Below the pieces are notes generated by a model, which made no database searches, had not been told where the DNA came from, and saw only the letters and a list, made by a program, of their open reading frames with translations. 64,000 nt of DNA from positions 11,475-75,474 of the forward strand of contig DAONGE010000001.1 of NCBI GenBank assembly GCA_035403965.1, in the 5' to 3' direction. Below, one piece after another: positions 39,812 through 55,000 of this stretch. The DNA is from Candidatus Omnitrophota bacterium. Lineage in GTDB: Bacteria; Omnitrophota; Gorgyraeia; Tantalellales; Tantalellaceae. Both the position numbers and the translations under genes were made by a program. Positions within the stretch are counted from its first letter, which is position 1. The number at the start of each line of letters is the position of its first letter.

Positions 39812-39848
39812 CGCATGTCGGGCGCGGAGACCGCGCCCCTACGCATAG
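39812..39848. repeat. REP-like element copy 3 (second hairpin only), 24 nt downstream of the transposase stop
   Basis: CGCATGTCGGGCGCGGAGACCGCGCCCCTACGCATAG. Confidence 0.6.
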
Positions 39849-40044
39849 ATTTTGGCATATGCGTTCTGTGTTTTTGTCAGCATGTGTTATGCCAACCAAA
39901 TTTTATTTTATGCACAGGAGGGGATAAGCTGTTCCTAAAATCGTAAGCTAATTGTTTATAATGACTTAAAAGCAGGCGGCCATGAGCATTGTTAGTAAAA
40001 TTTAAAGTTAATTATAATATTATATATGGTATAATGTCGGCACC

Positions 40045-43000
40045 ATGTTATTACAATATAATATGAAGCGAAGAAGACCGTTTTTCAGCCTGGTTTCGAT
40101 CGCTGTGATTTTTAGTATGCTCATGTCCGATATCTCGTTCGCGCAAGACGCGATTCGGGATACGCTCGCGCCAAGCCTTGCCACAAAACCGATATGCAAA
40201 GTAGAAAAGAACGACGACGGTACTTTTGATATAACCACGAACAATGATGTTATCGAATATTGGGAAAATAAGACAGAAGATGATCTTGATGCAAAATCCC
40301 CGTTCGCCAGTGCGTTCCGAGAAAAATGGGCCATACGCGATATAGGTATGGTTGTCGCGCAGGCGCTTGGTCTGAATATCCCGAGCGGTACCGTAAAAGA
40401 ATTGATCAAAAAACATTTCAAAAACAGGAACGCGGAAAATCAGCTTATCCTGGAAGGATATGAAATCGACGGTATCAAAGAAAAATATTGCGGTGAAGAA
40501 ATTTCAGAGTATTTTGTACCGGTAAACAGAAACAGAGAATTGGCATTCTATTTAAAATTTTATTTAAATGGAGAAAAGAAGGCCGCGCCGTTCTGTCAGA
40601 CAAAAACTGAAAAAGGCGAAATGAAGAATGTCTACATGGATGTAGTGACGATAGATGAGGTCCAGACATTTTTTGAAGAAAAGAACTCTCCGGATGTACG
40701 TGTCGGCAAGCGGGATATGTTCTTTGTCCCTGATTTTGCGCCGGGCGTAGCTTTAAGGACAGCTATCTCGCGTGATCTGGAGTACAGATGTGGCATGATC
40801 AAAAAGTTCATTGAGATAAACGAAAATATCGGCGGCGAAAATATTAATGCCGAGAAATATAAAGAGATGAGAGATTTTTTAATTACAGGGATCGGTCATA
40901 TACTTAAGGCCGCGGAAAATGAGAACAAAAATGACGAAATGTGGGAACAGGATATTCAACTCGAGTTGAGCGAGTTTAACAAAAATATGACGAATAAATC
41001 CCTGGAGGGATTGTGTCAGGGGATGGAGAAAAAGGTCTCTGATCGTTTGAAAGCGTCGATCCGTGCGCTCAGCATATTGTATAGCGGCTTAGCGGGCGAA
41101 AATCATTCACGTAGCGCCGATATTAAAGAGTTGACGGATGTGATTAAAACGATTGAAATGCCGTCAAGTTTTGTGGATGTGGTCTTAAATGTGGACGCCA
41201 AAGCCAGGAACGTGAATGTTAACGAAGGCGAAATGTTCCGTATACTTGAAAATATTTTTAGGAACGCGCTTGCCGCGCAGTTGGAGAAAGCGGCTAATAT
41301 ACGGGATGACGTGGAACGCGCGGCTTACAGGGCCGTAATAAATATTGACGCGGTGGTGGATAGCGGCGAAGTCGTGATTAAGATAAAGGATAACGGTCCG
41401 GGGTTGCCGGAAGACGCTGAAAAGGCGTTCAGAGAAGGAAAACCGTTCACGACACACACAACAGGCGGCGGGCGCGGTATGCGAGCCGCTAAATATCTTG
41501 TTGAAAAGAACGGGGGAAAGATCGATGTCTTGTCGGAACGGGGTGAAGGTACCACGTTCACTGTTCGCTTGCCTTTGGGAGAAGACCCCAGAGTAAGGGC
41601 CAGATTGTTACATGATTTCGCTAATTTAGTACAGGGGATAGAAGGGGAAACATATATATGTTCTGAAATAACCAAAGATCCGGAGATCTTTGAAAGTGTG
41701 GAAAAGTCTGTAAAGGGATGCCTGACACTGCGTGATCCGAATTTGGACATCAAGAAAACTTTGGAGAATATTTACAGGGGGATGAATGAAGAAGTAATGC
41801 GAAGCATGACTGAATCCATAGGAAAGTATCTAGCGGACAAAAATATTTCTACAAATGATAGAGAAGAACTGAGGCAAAGTTTTGAGAGCCTCATAACGCT
41901 TATAAAGGCTGTTAAAAGGATAGCCGGATTTTATAGCGGGTTAGATACGGGAAAACGTCTTGTCAGATTGAATGAGATCTTATTGAGTTATCCGAAAAGG
42001 AAAAGCGGTCAAAAGCTCACGACCGATCTGAACGCCGGTGACATTGAGATATTCACGGACGAATGCGCGCTCGATCAGGTCGCAACTAATCTTTACAGGA
42101 ATGCCTTACAAGCTTCTGATGCGAATAGGGAAAATCATATTTCGGTCGGGACATCTCTCAGTGGGGACGGGAAATATGTTTATTTTTCCATAGAAGACAC
42201 CGGCATTGGCATCCCGCCTGAAAATTTAAGAAAAATATTCGAAGCGGGTTTTACGACGAAAGAAGATGGACATGGATTTGGTCTGGATATCGTGAAGGAT
42301 CTTGTTGAGACCCGTCTTGGCGGGACGATAAAGATTGAATCCGAGGTGGGGAAAGGTACAAAATTCATGGTTTGTTTACCGCTCGATCAGGAGCAGGAAA
42401 AACCAGGACGTTTTAGCCGGAAAGATGTTGTCATTGATCTTTCGAATAAAGCCGATTCTGAAGAGAGGCTTCAGGCTTTGCGTGCGATGATAGAAGAAAG
42501 GGTTGGGTCAAGGCAAAATAAAATAGTGACCGGACAGGAAGCAGTTCGCGAAGCAGATTGGCTTTCCGGAAGATTATGGGAGATAGCGAATTGCTCGGAC
42601 GAGTGGTTCAAGAAAAGTATGCCTATGCATGCAGTCGATGTCGTGAATATAACAAAACAATCGGACAATAACGCGTCGCCGGAACTTTTGATAGCCTCGA
42701 TGTTCCATGACGCCGACAGGGCTTTTGACGGATATTTTGTTCATCTAAAAGATATGCCGCCGTATGATAGCCCGTTGTATTCCGAATATCTTAAGCCGAT
42801 ACTTCACCCGCGAATGGCGGATGAGGTGATCCGGCCTTTGCTTGATCTTTTGGGGATAGAAAAAAATCTAGCCGATAAAGTGTCCATCCTGATACGGAAC
42901 CATGAGACCGGTATAAATGGAAATTCTTTGGATAAAGATAATCCGCTAGTTACGGAAGAACTTATCACAGATTCGGAAAAGCTTAAAAATGCCGACGCGA

Positions 43001-46000
43001 TAGCCGTATTGACCCCGTTTATGTTGATGGTCAGGTTTAATGAGGCAGATAGACGAGGGAAGATGGAAGAGTTTTATTTTGAAGTGAAACAGAAATATTC
43101 GCGTTGTTCTGATCAAGGGCGCGGCATAATAGATGGCCTTATAGAAGAAGGGAAAAAAGAATACGAGAACGATCCAACGTGGAGCGAAGTGTACGCAATA
43201 TTTTTGCGAGTTAAAGACGAAACCAGAGAAGAGGTTAAATTTGATATAGATAAAGATATCGAGCTATACGCTTTTGATTATGAGGAAACACTCGCCAAAA
43301 CAAAAAGCAAAATGTCGGATGAAATGCTGGCAGAGATTATTAAGAGGCTGGAAGCCGGCAGAAGATTCGCGGTGATAACAGGAGTTAACATATATTTTCT
43401 TCACAAGTATTTTGGGCAATACATTCCGAAAGAAATCAGAAAAAAATACAGAAAACAAATTATTTTTATGGGAGAACTCGGAACCGAGGTTGGCAGATAC
43501 GATGAAAACGGCGAATTATATCTGGACGAAAAGAACAGCGTGTCTTTAAGGCCGGAAATTAAAACCGGGATTGCCGGTGAAGTGTACAAGGCCTTGGAAA
43601 AACACGGCCTTGCAAATATTTCGGGGATATCGACAAGATTTAAAAAAGATACAGATCCTGCCGAATATCCAGCGGGGAAGTCGATAGAGATCGGGCTTGA
43701 AAAATACGGTACCGCCGTTGTGCGTTTTTGGGATAAGACATTACGCGGGCGCATGAAAGACATTGTGGAGGATCTTCGGGATGTGCTCGATAAAATGGGT
43801 TTAAAGGTAGCTGCGTCGAATTCCGCCATAGATATTTCCCCGATGGATAAAGGCGAGGCGCTTGATAAACTACGTGCGATCATCAAAGAGGAATCCGGAA
43901 AGGATATAGCGTACGAAAATATTCTTGTAGGCGGGGACAGTCAGAATGATTACGCGATGCTCGCGAAGCCGGGAGTAAAAGCCGTTTATTTCGGCAATTC
44001 CAAAAAAGCGGAGCTGCCGGAAGAGGTCGCAAAAAATGTATATATGTCCGAAACAAAAGGGCCGGAAGGGCTGGTTGGGTTATTCAGCGTCGGGATTTTT
44101 AATAATGTTAGAGAAGACCGGAAAACGCAAGAAAACTTATCGTTCGATGCAGTGAGGTCTTGGGAATGGGAACGGTTGATGTATGAATTCAGGGAAATGT
44201 TCGCGCAACACCGTGTAAGAGATTTTAACAGAAACCTTTTACGATATAGACAAGCCGTCGAGATGTACAATGCGGAATACGATCAGGGTGTTTACGAGGA
44301 TATGCTTCACAAGGGGAAAGGGCTTCGAGATGATGACAAGGAAATGGAGACAGCGCTTGAGCAAAAATACTTAGAAGATCTCTCTAAACTTCTTTCCTGC
44401 GCATTGCGGCGCGATGATAGCGATAATGTCGCAGAGTATCTTGCTGCTTTGATAAAAAGCGAAAAGGCGTCTTTACTGTCAGACGAGGCCAAGCTGTTCA
44501 TTAGATCGTTTCTTACCATATACTCGATGTCGCCCGAGAGAGGGAAAAAAGTCGGTGTTGTCATATCAATGTTCAACGAACAGAAACGGATGGGAAAAGA
44601 GGATTTCGTCAGAAAAAAGATCGAACAGATGGAAGAATTATTTGCCGTGAATCCGGGGCTTGATTGGGAGATGGTCTTTGTGGAAGACGGTGAGGAAAGA
44701 TCAAACGGTGAAAGTAAGAGCTCGGGTGAAATGGCGCTTGAAATACTTAGAAGTGAATATCAAAACCTGTTGGATTCAGGCAAAGTAAAAGTACTGTTTC
44801 TGAACAAAAAGATCAAAGATAATATCAGGGGAAGAAAAGGAAGTGGCATTATATACGGTCTTCGCAAGGCGCTGGACGACGGCGCGGATTATCTTGTCTA
44901 TACCGACGCTGATATTTCTTCACATCTTGGCCAAACCGGTATTTTGCTTGATCCGCTTGTTAAAGGTGACGCGCAGGTTACGATAGCATCACGGAGGATA
45001 AACGGCGACATAGTATTTAACCGTTCGCGCGGCGAGAAGATCAAAAGTATGGTCTACAATATCTTTGTTCGTTTGATACTTGGATTAAAAATAACAGATT
45101 CACAGACCGGATTCAAGGCTTTTACGCGGGAAGCACTTGAAAAAAGTCTTCCGCTTAAGGTGTTCCCGCCCGAAGGGTCGGACGGAAAAGAGTTTGAGGG
45201 AAATTTTGTTTACAATTTTTCATTCGATACCAATCTTCTTTGCCGTATAGACGATGTATTTTCGGATAGCGAAGAGACTGTTATCGCAGAAGTTCCCATA
45301 GTGTGGATAGGATCAAGGGAAGAAAGTACGGTCAGGCTTAAAGATGTTTTAATTATGCTTAGAGGTCTTTTTGAACAGTGGCGCATAAGGAATAGAACCG
45401 TTCAGATAGTGTCCAGTGATGAAGTGTCCCAGAAAGGCAATTACAAACTTCTGGCTATTTTAAAAGGAGACGAGATCGGGAAGTTGGAATATTCTCCCGA
45501 TATTAATGATGCGAATACCGTATGGCTTGGATGGATAGGGGTGGAGAATAAGAGGCATTCTGTGGGAGAACTGCTGATGCGGCGCTTTTTCGCGGAGTGC
45601 CGGGCAATGAAAAAAAACAAGGTTAAGTTATGGTGTGACAAAAACAATACATCGGCTGTCGTGTTTTATGAAGAAATATCCGAACGGCTTAACATCCCGA
45701 TGGAGATCAACGATGAAATAAGCAACGCCTTTCATCTGATAACTTACACGATTGGGGATGTTTATAAACTGTCCGGCCTTAACTCGGGTGCCGCTACGTC
45801 CGAGGTTCAGAAAGTAGAGGATCAAGGGGACAACGTTTTTAACCGTACGGGAAATGGTCTTATTTTTATCGGTGGCGCAACGTTAGCGGGCAATATTTTT
45901 CTTGGAGTTTTCGCGTATTTATATTTATCTGCACAGAAACAGGCGATAGTGGATTTTCTGTATGAGAAGAGCCGTGTGAAGAAATGGTACGCGAAACCCT

Positions 46001-49000
46001 GTCATTATTTATCCCGCTTTTTTGATATGGTTCTTTTAGATGTGGCCCGCTGTATCGCAATACTTGATAGAAAAGAAACTGTAAGTGTAAAGCTCGATAG
46101 TGCTGTTTCGGACGAACATAAAATGACATTGATGGCTTATTCGGGGAAAGAAAAGGCCGGGACTCTTAAATTTTCTCAGTCGAGTCATGCGCCAAATACA
46201 ATGTCCCTTGAGTGGTTGAACGTGACATATAAAAAGCAGGGTAAAGGCGTCGGAACGGCTCTTATGACGGAGTTTTTTAAAATCTGTTATAAATTGAAAA
46301 AGAAAAGAATAATACTGTGTTGCAAAAAGGATAACACGGGGGCAATAGCGTTTTATTACGAAATGGCCAGGCGATTCAACGCGAGAATTGATAAAAAAGA
46401 CATTACCATTAACGATGAGTACTATTTGATCGAGTATACATTTGATGACAGTAATAGAGCAATGCCTGCTTTTATTTGCCTTGGCGGCGCCATGACTTTT
46501 TGGAGCGATGTTTTTATAGCGGGGCTTGTATATTTATGGTTCTCCGCCCAGAAACAGGCGATAGCGGATTTTCTCTATGAAAAAAGCCGTATGAAGAAAT
46601 GGTACTCAAGTATTGCCCGCCATTTAGCCCGCTTTTTCGACATTGTCCTTTTAGACATGACGCAATACGCCGCTACAAGATACCTCGCCAAATCTTTGCT
46701 TATGGGGCCGGGGCTGACGATAAAGCCAATAGATAATGGAACCGTAGGTGCGCTCTCAATATCAGGAACGCCTGATGACGATATTGTGTATGTGCCGGAA
46801 AAATATAGAGAAAAACTCGCGGAAAAGGATATTTATCCGCAACGATATAGACATGTATTTATGGGGATGATCGATAGATTAAAATTAAATGACAATGAAA
46901 TAAATGAGCTTAAGAGTACGCTGGCGACGGTGGCGGGTAATATGCGCATATATAAAGATCCAATGGGAAGAATAGATATGATAATAGACGTGCTGAAAGA
47001 GAATAATATAGACGCAAATGGGGGAAGTGAACTCAAGAAACAATATCTGATAGTGGTGTATAGCATAGCTAGGCATGGGAAGAAAGGGAAAGTAGCGTTA
47101 GATGGGGTTATAAGATCGTTTAATGGAGCTGGAATAAAATATCAGGATATGACGGAAGAGCTTAAGATACAATATCTAACAGCGGTGTATGAGATAGCGA
47201 TGAAAGGCGAGAAAGGGAAAGAAGCGTTAGACGGTGTTATAAAATCGTTTAAGGGAGAAAGAATCGTTTACAAGGAGTTAACGGAAGAACTCAAGAAAAA
47301 ATATCTGATAGCGGTGTATAAGATAGCGATGAAAGGGGAGGAAGGGGAAAAAGCGTTAGGTGGAGTTATAGAATCGTTTAAGGAAGAGGGAATAGTATAT
47401 AAGGAATTAGAAACGGAAGAACTTAAGAAAACATATCTGATAGCGGTGTATGAGATAGCGAGGAAAGGGAAGGAAGGAAAAGACGCGTTAGACGGGGTTA
47501 TAGGATCGTTTAAGGGAGAAGGAATAGTGTATAAGGAGTTAACTAAAGACCTTAAAAAACAATATCTAACAGCGGTGTATAACATAGCGATGAAAGGGGA
47601 GGGGAATAAAAAGACGAAGGAAGATGGAGAAGAGGAAACAGTGTTAGACGGAGTTATAAAATCGTTTAAAAAGGAAGGTGGAATAGTATATAAGGAATTA
47701 GAAACGGAAGAACTCAAGAAACAATATCTGATAGCGATATATGAGATAGCGAGGAAAGGCCAATACGCGGTTGAGAACGTGGGGACGATAATAGATCTTC
47801 TTCGAGGGGAAGGTATTGAGTATAAAACCATGCGAAGGGATTCCGAGAAAAAAAGATATTTACGCTCTGTATACGTTCAGGCGCTTAAAAAAGGCAAAGA
47901 ATACGATGACGAATTTATCTTATATGTTATGAAAGGTTTTTGGGAATTGTACAGCGCAGAAAGGGAGCCGGCGGTTTTCGAGAGTATTGCAGCCAGTGGT
48001 AAAAAGTGGCGTGAGGTTGTTGATGCAGGAACGCCGAGAAGCATAGCCAAATCCACGGAATGGAAGGAAAGAGTAAAAACTGTATTAAATACCTTATCTG
48101 ATAGAGAGAGGGAGATAGCGGAAGCGTTGATGGAAACGGGATCGGCTGAAGATGCTGCAATAAAAGGATTTGACAGGAAAGAAATAGAAAAGGTAATGGA
48201 AAAACTCAGAGTAGCTTTTGCTGATATGAAAAATAAGCCAACGAGTTCCGCGTCCGCGGTTCTTTTAATGGGTGGTTCAACGTTAGCGGGCAATATTTTT
48301 CTTGGAGTTTTCGCGTATTTATATTTATCCGCCCAAAAACAGGCAATAGTGGATTTTCTGTATGAAAAAAGCCGTATGAAAAAATGGTATGCAGGTGTCG
48401 CCCGCCATTTAGCCCGCTTTTTTGATTTTATTCTTTTAGACATGACACGATACGCCGCTACAAGATACCTCGCTAAATCTTTGCTTATGGGCCCGGGGCT
48501 TACGATAAAAAAAACTGGTTCAGATGGGGACAGGTCTGGGATTGATTCCGGGACAGATCTGAGAGGGGAAACGGGGACAGGTCTGGGATCAGATTTGGAA
48601 ACGTCCCGTGATGTTGTCTTTGGTCTTGGAGAGGTAAGGCTGGCCTCGCTGGATGACGCATGGGTGATAGTGCAGCTTAAGCGCCTAATATCTGAAATGC
48701 CTTACGGTAGAGACTATAGGAGTATTATATATGATATGAGGGAAAGAAGATCGAATGACCGTATTTTTGTGTTTAAGGATAACTCCGGAGAAGTCGTCGG
48801 TTTTATTGAGGGAAGGTTTTTTCTTAATGCAAAGTCATGTTACATAGCAAACCTGGCGGTGCGCGAAGATATGCAGAAACGCGGAATAGGAAGGATTTTG
48901 TTCAATACGTTTCTTGATGAAATGTTGGATCTTGGTATAACTTCGGCTTCCGTGGCCGCGCGAAACGATGCGACCGCAAAGTTTGCGCTTGAGAGAGGTT

Positions 49001-52000
49001 TAAAATGTGAGGAATATTACAAGGGTTCGGATATACAAGGATATTATGTTGGGGATATTAATAAAGGCAATAAAGTCGGACAATATTTTAGTAAATCCCC
49101 GGCTTTTATTTTTGCCGGAGGATCAGCCTTGGCCGTAAATATTTTTAGCGGGGTATTCACATATCTTTATCTATCCGCACAAAAACAGGCGATAGTGGAT
49201 TTTCTTTATGAAAAAAGCCGTATGAAAAAATGGTATGCAGGTGTCGCCCGCCATTTAGCCCGCTTTTTTGATTCTATTCTTTTAGACATGACACGATACG
49301 CCGCCACAAGATACCTGGCCCAATCTTTGCTTATGTCGCCGGGGCTGACGATAAGACAAGTTGGTTCAGATGGGGACAGGTCTGAAAGGGAAATCGGGGA
49401 CAGGTCTGGGATTGATTCCGGGACAGGTCTAAGAGGGAAACCGGGGACAGGTCTGAGATCAGATTTGGAAACGTCCCGTGAGAGTGTTAATTGTGGTAGC
49501 GGATTCTTGGATTATGTTAAGGCGGATAATTTGGAGAGTGTTTTTTCGTACATGGGCGGATTAAAAAGTGCATCGAATATCGGGATAGATAGATTGATGT
49601 CCCGTTTAAGGTCTCCGTTTGCGAATATTAACGGAATTCTTAAAGAATACGCTGTCCAGGATGATCTGGCCGGCTCGCCTGAAGCATTAAAAACCCTTCT
49701 TGAAAAAATAAAGGAGCTGGACGAAATAACAAAAAAAGCGATGGAGGGTGTGTCTCCACACGAAATCAGGGTTAATGCTCAAAATGCTTTTGACGAACAG
49801 ACTGAAAAATATAAACGCATTCTTTATCCCGATACCGGAGAGTTGCCGATCCTTTTAAACGAAATACAGGCAATACTTTCAAAGTTTAATAATGAGCATG
49901 TCAGCGAATTAAAGGGTGAGATAGGGGGTGTACTTGAAAAATATGATGAGGTTTTTGGTGAAGAATCCGGGATATATACTCCGATTTCGGGTGTCATGCA
50001 TATGGAGTGGTGGCAAAAAGTTGCGCCGCATTTGTTACGCGGACAAGAGAATACAATATGGAAAGTCAGGGAAAGTTTTGGGAATGTTGCGGCAAGCGCC
50101 ATACTTGCCGAATTGAAATTGGCAGCGGGGTATAAACACGCAAAATTTACTGACAATGATAACGTTTTTAACATGAAAAATGCCACGCATCCTACAATGC
50201 GGTTTAAATCCGGATTTACCCCGGTCTCTTTTAAGGTCTCGAAATCAAAAAAGGTAACAATTATCAGCGGCTTAAATTCCGGCGGGAAAAGCGTAACCGT
50301 AAAAGCAGCCGGGATTATCGCTTTAATGGTTCAGGCGGGGATGCCCGTTCCGGCGGATGTTGAAATGGATAAAATGTTGTTTGGGGGTTTTAAAAAAGCC
50401 GAAGTAAAAGACGAAGATGTTTCCACAGGGCAGGGATCCAACATGTTGGCGGAGCTGGATGAAACTAAAAAACTTATGAACACGGTAAAACCAAATGAAT
50501 TTATTATTATCGACGATGATATTTTTGGCGGCAGCAGCGAACCGACTGTTGTTGCTTCGTGTTTCAATGCTTTTATGGAAAAGCTTGGTGCCTCGGGCGC
50601 GGTGGTGGTAGGGATAACGCATCATTTAGACGCGTTGCGGGCTTTAAAGAAAGAACATCCGGATGATTTCAATTTTTTATGTGTCAAAACCCGGCCCGGT
50701 AAAGACGGAGAGGAAGAGTCAGAATATGAATTGCAGGAAGGCATAGCCGACTCCAGCCAGGGATTGATCGAGGCGATCAGGATGAAATGGCCCGCTTCTA
50801 AACTTGCCATAAAATATTTCAATAAATTACGCGAGTGGAAAAATGAACCTGCGGTGGTTTGCAACAATATGCCGGCGCTAAAACCGGCGCCTTTAAGGCA
50901 AAGGGGATATTTTTGTTCAAGCGTCGAAAGGGACTTTTTACAACTTACTGATTTTTCCGGAAAATTAAGAAATACAGCCGTTTCTATTATGGGAGAGATA
51001 GCCGGCGATGTCTCCGGAGATTTTGTTGAGGATATTTATGCCAATCCGGAAACGGCTAATAGTAGTGAATGGAGGGAAGCTATAGAACTTTTGCGTACCA
51101 ATCCCGATGTTTTAGATAAGTTTACGTCTTTATTGAAAGAAAATTATAGAAGATGGCCGCAAAACATAAAATTTGAAGAGAGAATCCACAGATATATTAA
51201 TCCCGACAGCGATAAGATGACGCGCGAATTTTTACGATTGATAGCATTTTGCCGCACCAGCGGGATCACGATGCTGGAAAAAAGTGCCGGACGGATCAAC
51301 AGTTTTCTTTATGGTGATTTTAAAAGTGAAATAGTGAAATGGGTAAAAGCATGTGAAGAGATGATCAAATTGACCGAAAAAGAGGTTGGGAAGGAAAATG
51401 TAAAGTTTCGTTTGGGCGTTGATTTTATCGAAATGGTGAACGGGATGAACCGGATTATCGAAAAAGAGGATGAGTTTAATGAGCTTATGACAGGCCTTCT
51501 TTTTGAATATCAGTTTGAGGAAGGATCGGATTTAAATAAGATAAAGAACTTATTTGTTCAATCATTGAAAGAAAATCATGGTAGCGGTTATCTTTTCATG
51601 CAGGCTCGTACAATAAATAATATGATGGAAGAAAAAAACACGGGGCGTAAGTTTATCGAGAAGTTACAGACCAACGGGTTAAATGCGAGATTCCTGAGCA
51701 TCGATAAAGGGTTGATAACCAGAAAAGATGATAGGTCTCAAATAATGGTACAGTTTTGCAGAGATATGTCTGCCATGTGTACCCTGCGTGCGATGGTAGA
51801 TGTAGATGAAAATTGGCCATTCGCGAAAAAAGGCACAGAGGGAGAGATACGGATAAAAGGCGGATGGCATACAAGTCTTGAGGAAGATCCAAACAGGACC
51901 CCGAATAATGTCGATATTTCCGCATACGGCAAAAAGGGATCGCTTTCTATTTACACGGGTTTTAATACGGGAGGAAAAAGCACACTTGCAAAGATGATTG

Positions 52001-55000
52001 CGCAGATTGTGACACACGCTAAAATCGGATGGCCCGTGCCGGCCGAATATGCATCGATTGGAGATTTTTCTGATATACAGGTTGTTTCGGAATTGCTGAC
52101 GGATATAAAGGAAGAACAACGACAACGTAACGGAAAAGATGAGATCGGCGGCGCGCTTGATAGGGCGCTTCATCAAAGTTCGATGATAATACAGAACGCT
52201 ACGCCGAAAAGCCTGATCATTCTTGATGAACCGTTTTCCGGTTCTACCGAGCCTGAAGTGGCTGAGGCTCTTACCGCGGCTTTGGCTCAATCGCTGGTTG
52301 ATAGAGGCGCTACTGTAATACTTATTACGCATCTATTGGACACTATACCGGTTTTGGAAGGGGAAGTGGCAGGGACTCAGGTATTTCGCGCAAAAACTTT
52401 TGAGAAAGATGGGGCGTTATATCCGCGTTTTTCTTTTGAGCCCGGGATTGCGGTGTCGAGTCATGGATTTGAAGTGGCGAGAAAAATAGATTGGCCGGGG
52501 TATTCAAGGGCGCTTGAATATTTTAATGTTTTGAATAAAGAGGAAATGCAAAGAGAACGATCGCCGCGCGATCGGTCCGGTGCGGCAAGGGCGATCTTTC
52601 AGGAGCCTCGGGATTCGAAATATGATGGAATGAAAGGAAGAGAAATAAAAAGCGCGGAAAAGGACAGACGAAAACAGCTCAAGGAAGCAGAAAAAAAACG
52701 GTTATCCTCCGGGGAAGGAAATAAAAACGCCCCGGCGATTTTATATTTTGGCGCATCGACCTTAGAGCTAAATATCTTCACGGGTATTTTTTCATACACA
52801 GGGGCCGTACAACACGCTGAGAAGGTTTCCCATATAGACTTTCGGGACGATTACGGTGAATCATTACGTCGTCTTTGGAATTTTGGACCAAAAGGTGTAC
52901 CAACGGAAGAGTCCGTTTTAAGGCGCTTAGTTGTAAATTTAGCGTATGAGATGATTGTAGAACAGATACGTGCATTTGTGAAGACCAAGTATCCGGGTGC
53001 CGATATTGACAAGTTAGGTGTAAACGTCATGCTTTTTGGCAGCAGCGCTAAAGGATTATCGATAGAGACAAGCGATATTGATTTCGGTCTTTTCATAGAC
53101 GACACCGAGCTCGGAAGTGGCATAAAAGTAGATCCCGGATATAAATCAGCACTCGTGAAGATAGCTGTTTCTGCTTTGAATGAAGTTATAGATAAAAATG
53201 GGTTCAATGTTAAAAGGTTCAGTGTACAGTTAAAGAGGGTCAATGCCAGGGCCAATGATGTTATTATCGCCAGTCATATGCTTTCACGAGAATTTGGACA
53301 CAGAATATTCAGGGATTTAGCGAATATATTCTATATAAACTTTGGACCAATTGAAATCATGAGAAAAAAAGCTTTGCAAATAGTAATGAATTCCGCTAAC
53401 CCCGAAAAGACGTGGGAGAACGTGTGCAAATGGTGGAGTGGATATGCCAAAGTTATTGGCAATAAACACGAGTTAAGGGTTTCTTTAGACGAGATTGTGG
53501 AGGAATCTTTGCTTATATCTTTGCCGGACTTGAAAACAATGTGCAGTATCTACAATATAGAATATAGGTTACCAGCCGTTTCTGTCCAAGAGACTGAGAA
53601 AGGTGATATTTCTATAACTTATCCGGGTAAAGGCCTCAAAGTGCCACCATCGGATAAAGCGCCGGCGGTTCTTCTGATGGGTGGTTCGACGTTGGTGGGA
53701 AATATCTTTCTGGGAGTTTTCGCGTATTTATATTTATCCGCGCAAAAAGACTCGATAGTGGATTTTCTTTATGAAAAAAGCCGTATGAAAAAATGGTATG
53801 CAGGTGTCGCCCGCCATTTAGCCCGCTTTTTCGATTCTATTTTATTAGACATGACGCAATCCGCCGCTACAAGATACCTCGCCAACTCCCTGCTTATGGG
53901 GCCGGGGCTGACGATAAAGCCAATAGATAATGAACCCGTAGAGGCGATCTCAATATCGGGAAAGCCTGATGACGGGAAAGATATTGTATATGTGCCGGAA
54001 AAATATAGAGAAAAACTCGCGGAAAGAGATATCTATCCGCAACGATACAGACAGGTATTTAAGGGAATGATCGATAGATTAAAATTAAATGACAATGAAA
54101 TAAATGAGCTTAAGAGTACACTGGCGACAGTGGCGGGTACTATGTGCATATATAAAGATCCAATGGGAAGAATAGATATGATAATAGACGTATTGAAAGA
54201 GAATAATATCGACGAAAATGGGGGAAGTGAACTCAAGAAAAAATATCTGATAGCGGTGTACATGATAGCGAAGAAAGGGAAGGAAGGAAAAGAAGCGTTA
54301 GATGTGGTTATAGGATCGTTTAATGGAGCTGGAATAAAATATCAGGATATGACGGAAGAGCTTAAGAAACAATATCTGATAGCTGTGTACGAGATAGCGA
54401 TGAAAGGGAAAGAAGCGTTAGACGGTGTTATAAAATCGTTTAGGGGGGAGAGAATAGTGTACAAGGAGTTAACGGAAGAACTCAAGAAACAATATCTGAT
54501 AGCTGTGTACATGATAGCAAGGAAAGGGAAGGAAGGAAAAGACGCGTTAGACGGTGTTATAGAATTGTTTAAGAGAGAGGGAATAGTGTATAAGGAGTTA
54601 ACGGAAGAACTCAAGAAACAATATCTGATAGCGTTGTACGCGATAGCGAGGAAAGGGAAGGAAGGAAAAGACGCGCTAGACGGTGTTATACGATTGTTTA
54701 AGGAAGAGGGAATAGAATATAGCGAATTAACGGAAGACCTTAAGAAACAATATCTAATAGTGGTGTATGAGATCGCGATGAAAGGTCGATATGCGGTTGA
54801 GAATGTAGGAAAGATAATAGAGCTTCTTCGCGGGGAAGGTATTGAGTATAAAAATATGCAAAGGGATGCCGAGAAGAAAAACTATTTACGCGCTGTATAT
54901 GTTCAGGCGCTTAAAAAAGGCAAAGAATACGATGACGAATTTATATTATATATTTCGAAATATTTTTGGGAACTGTCCGGACATGAAAGAAAACCGGAGG

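Noticed and set aside
47268-48443. Antisense ORFs of 187-188 aa (and similar at 54342-55358, 46833-47076, 54033-54263) with internally repeated peptides
   Set aside because: They lie entirely inside giant gene 2 on the opposite strand. Their repetitiveness is a mirror of the sense-strand tandem arrays. No RBS or independent coding signal.
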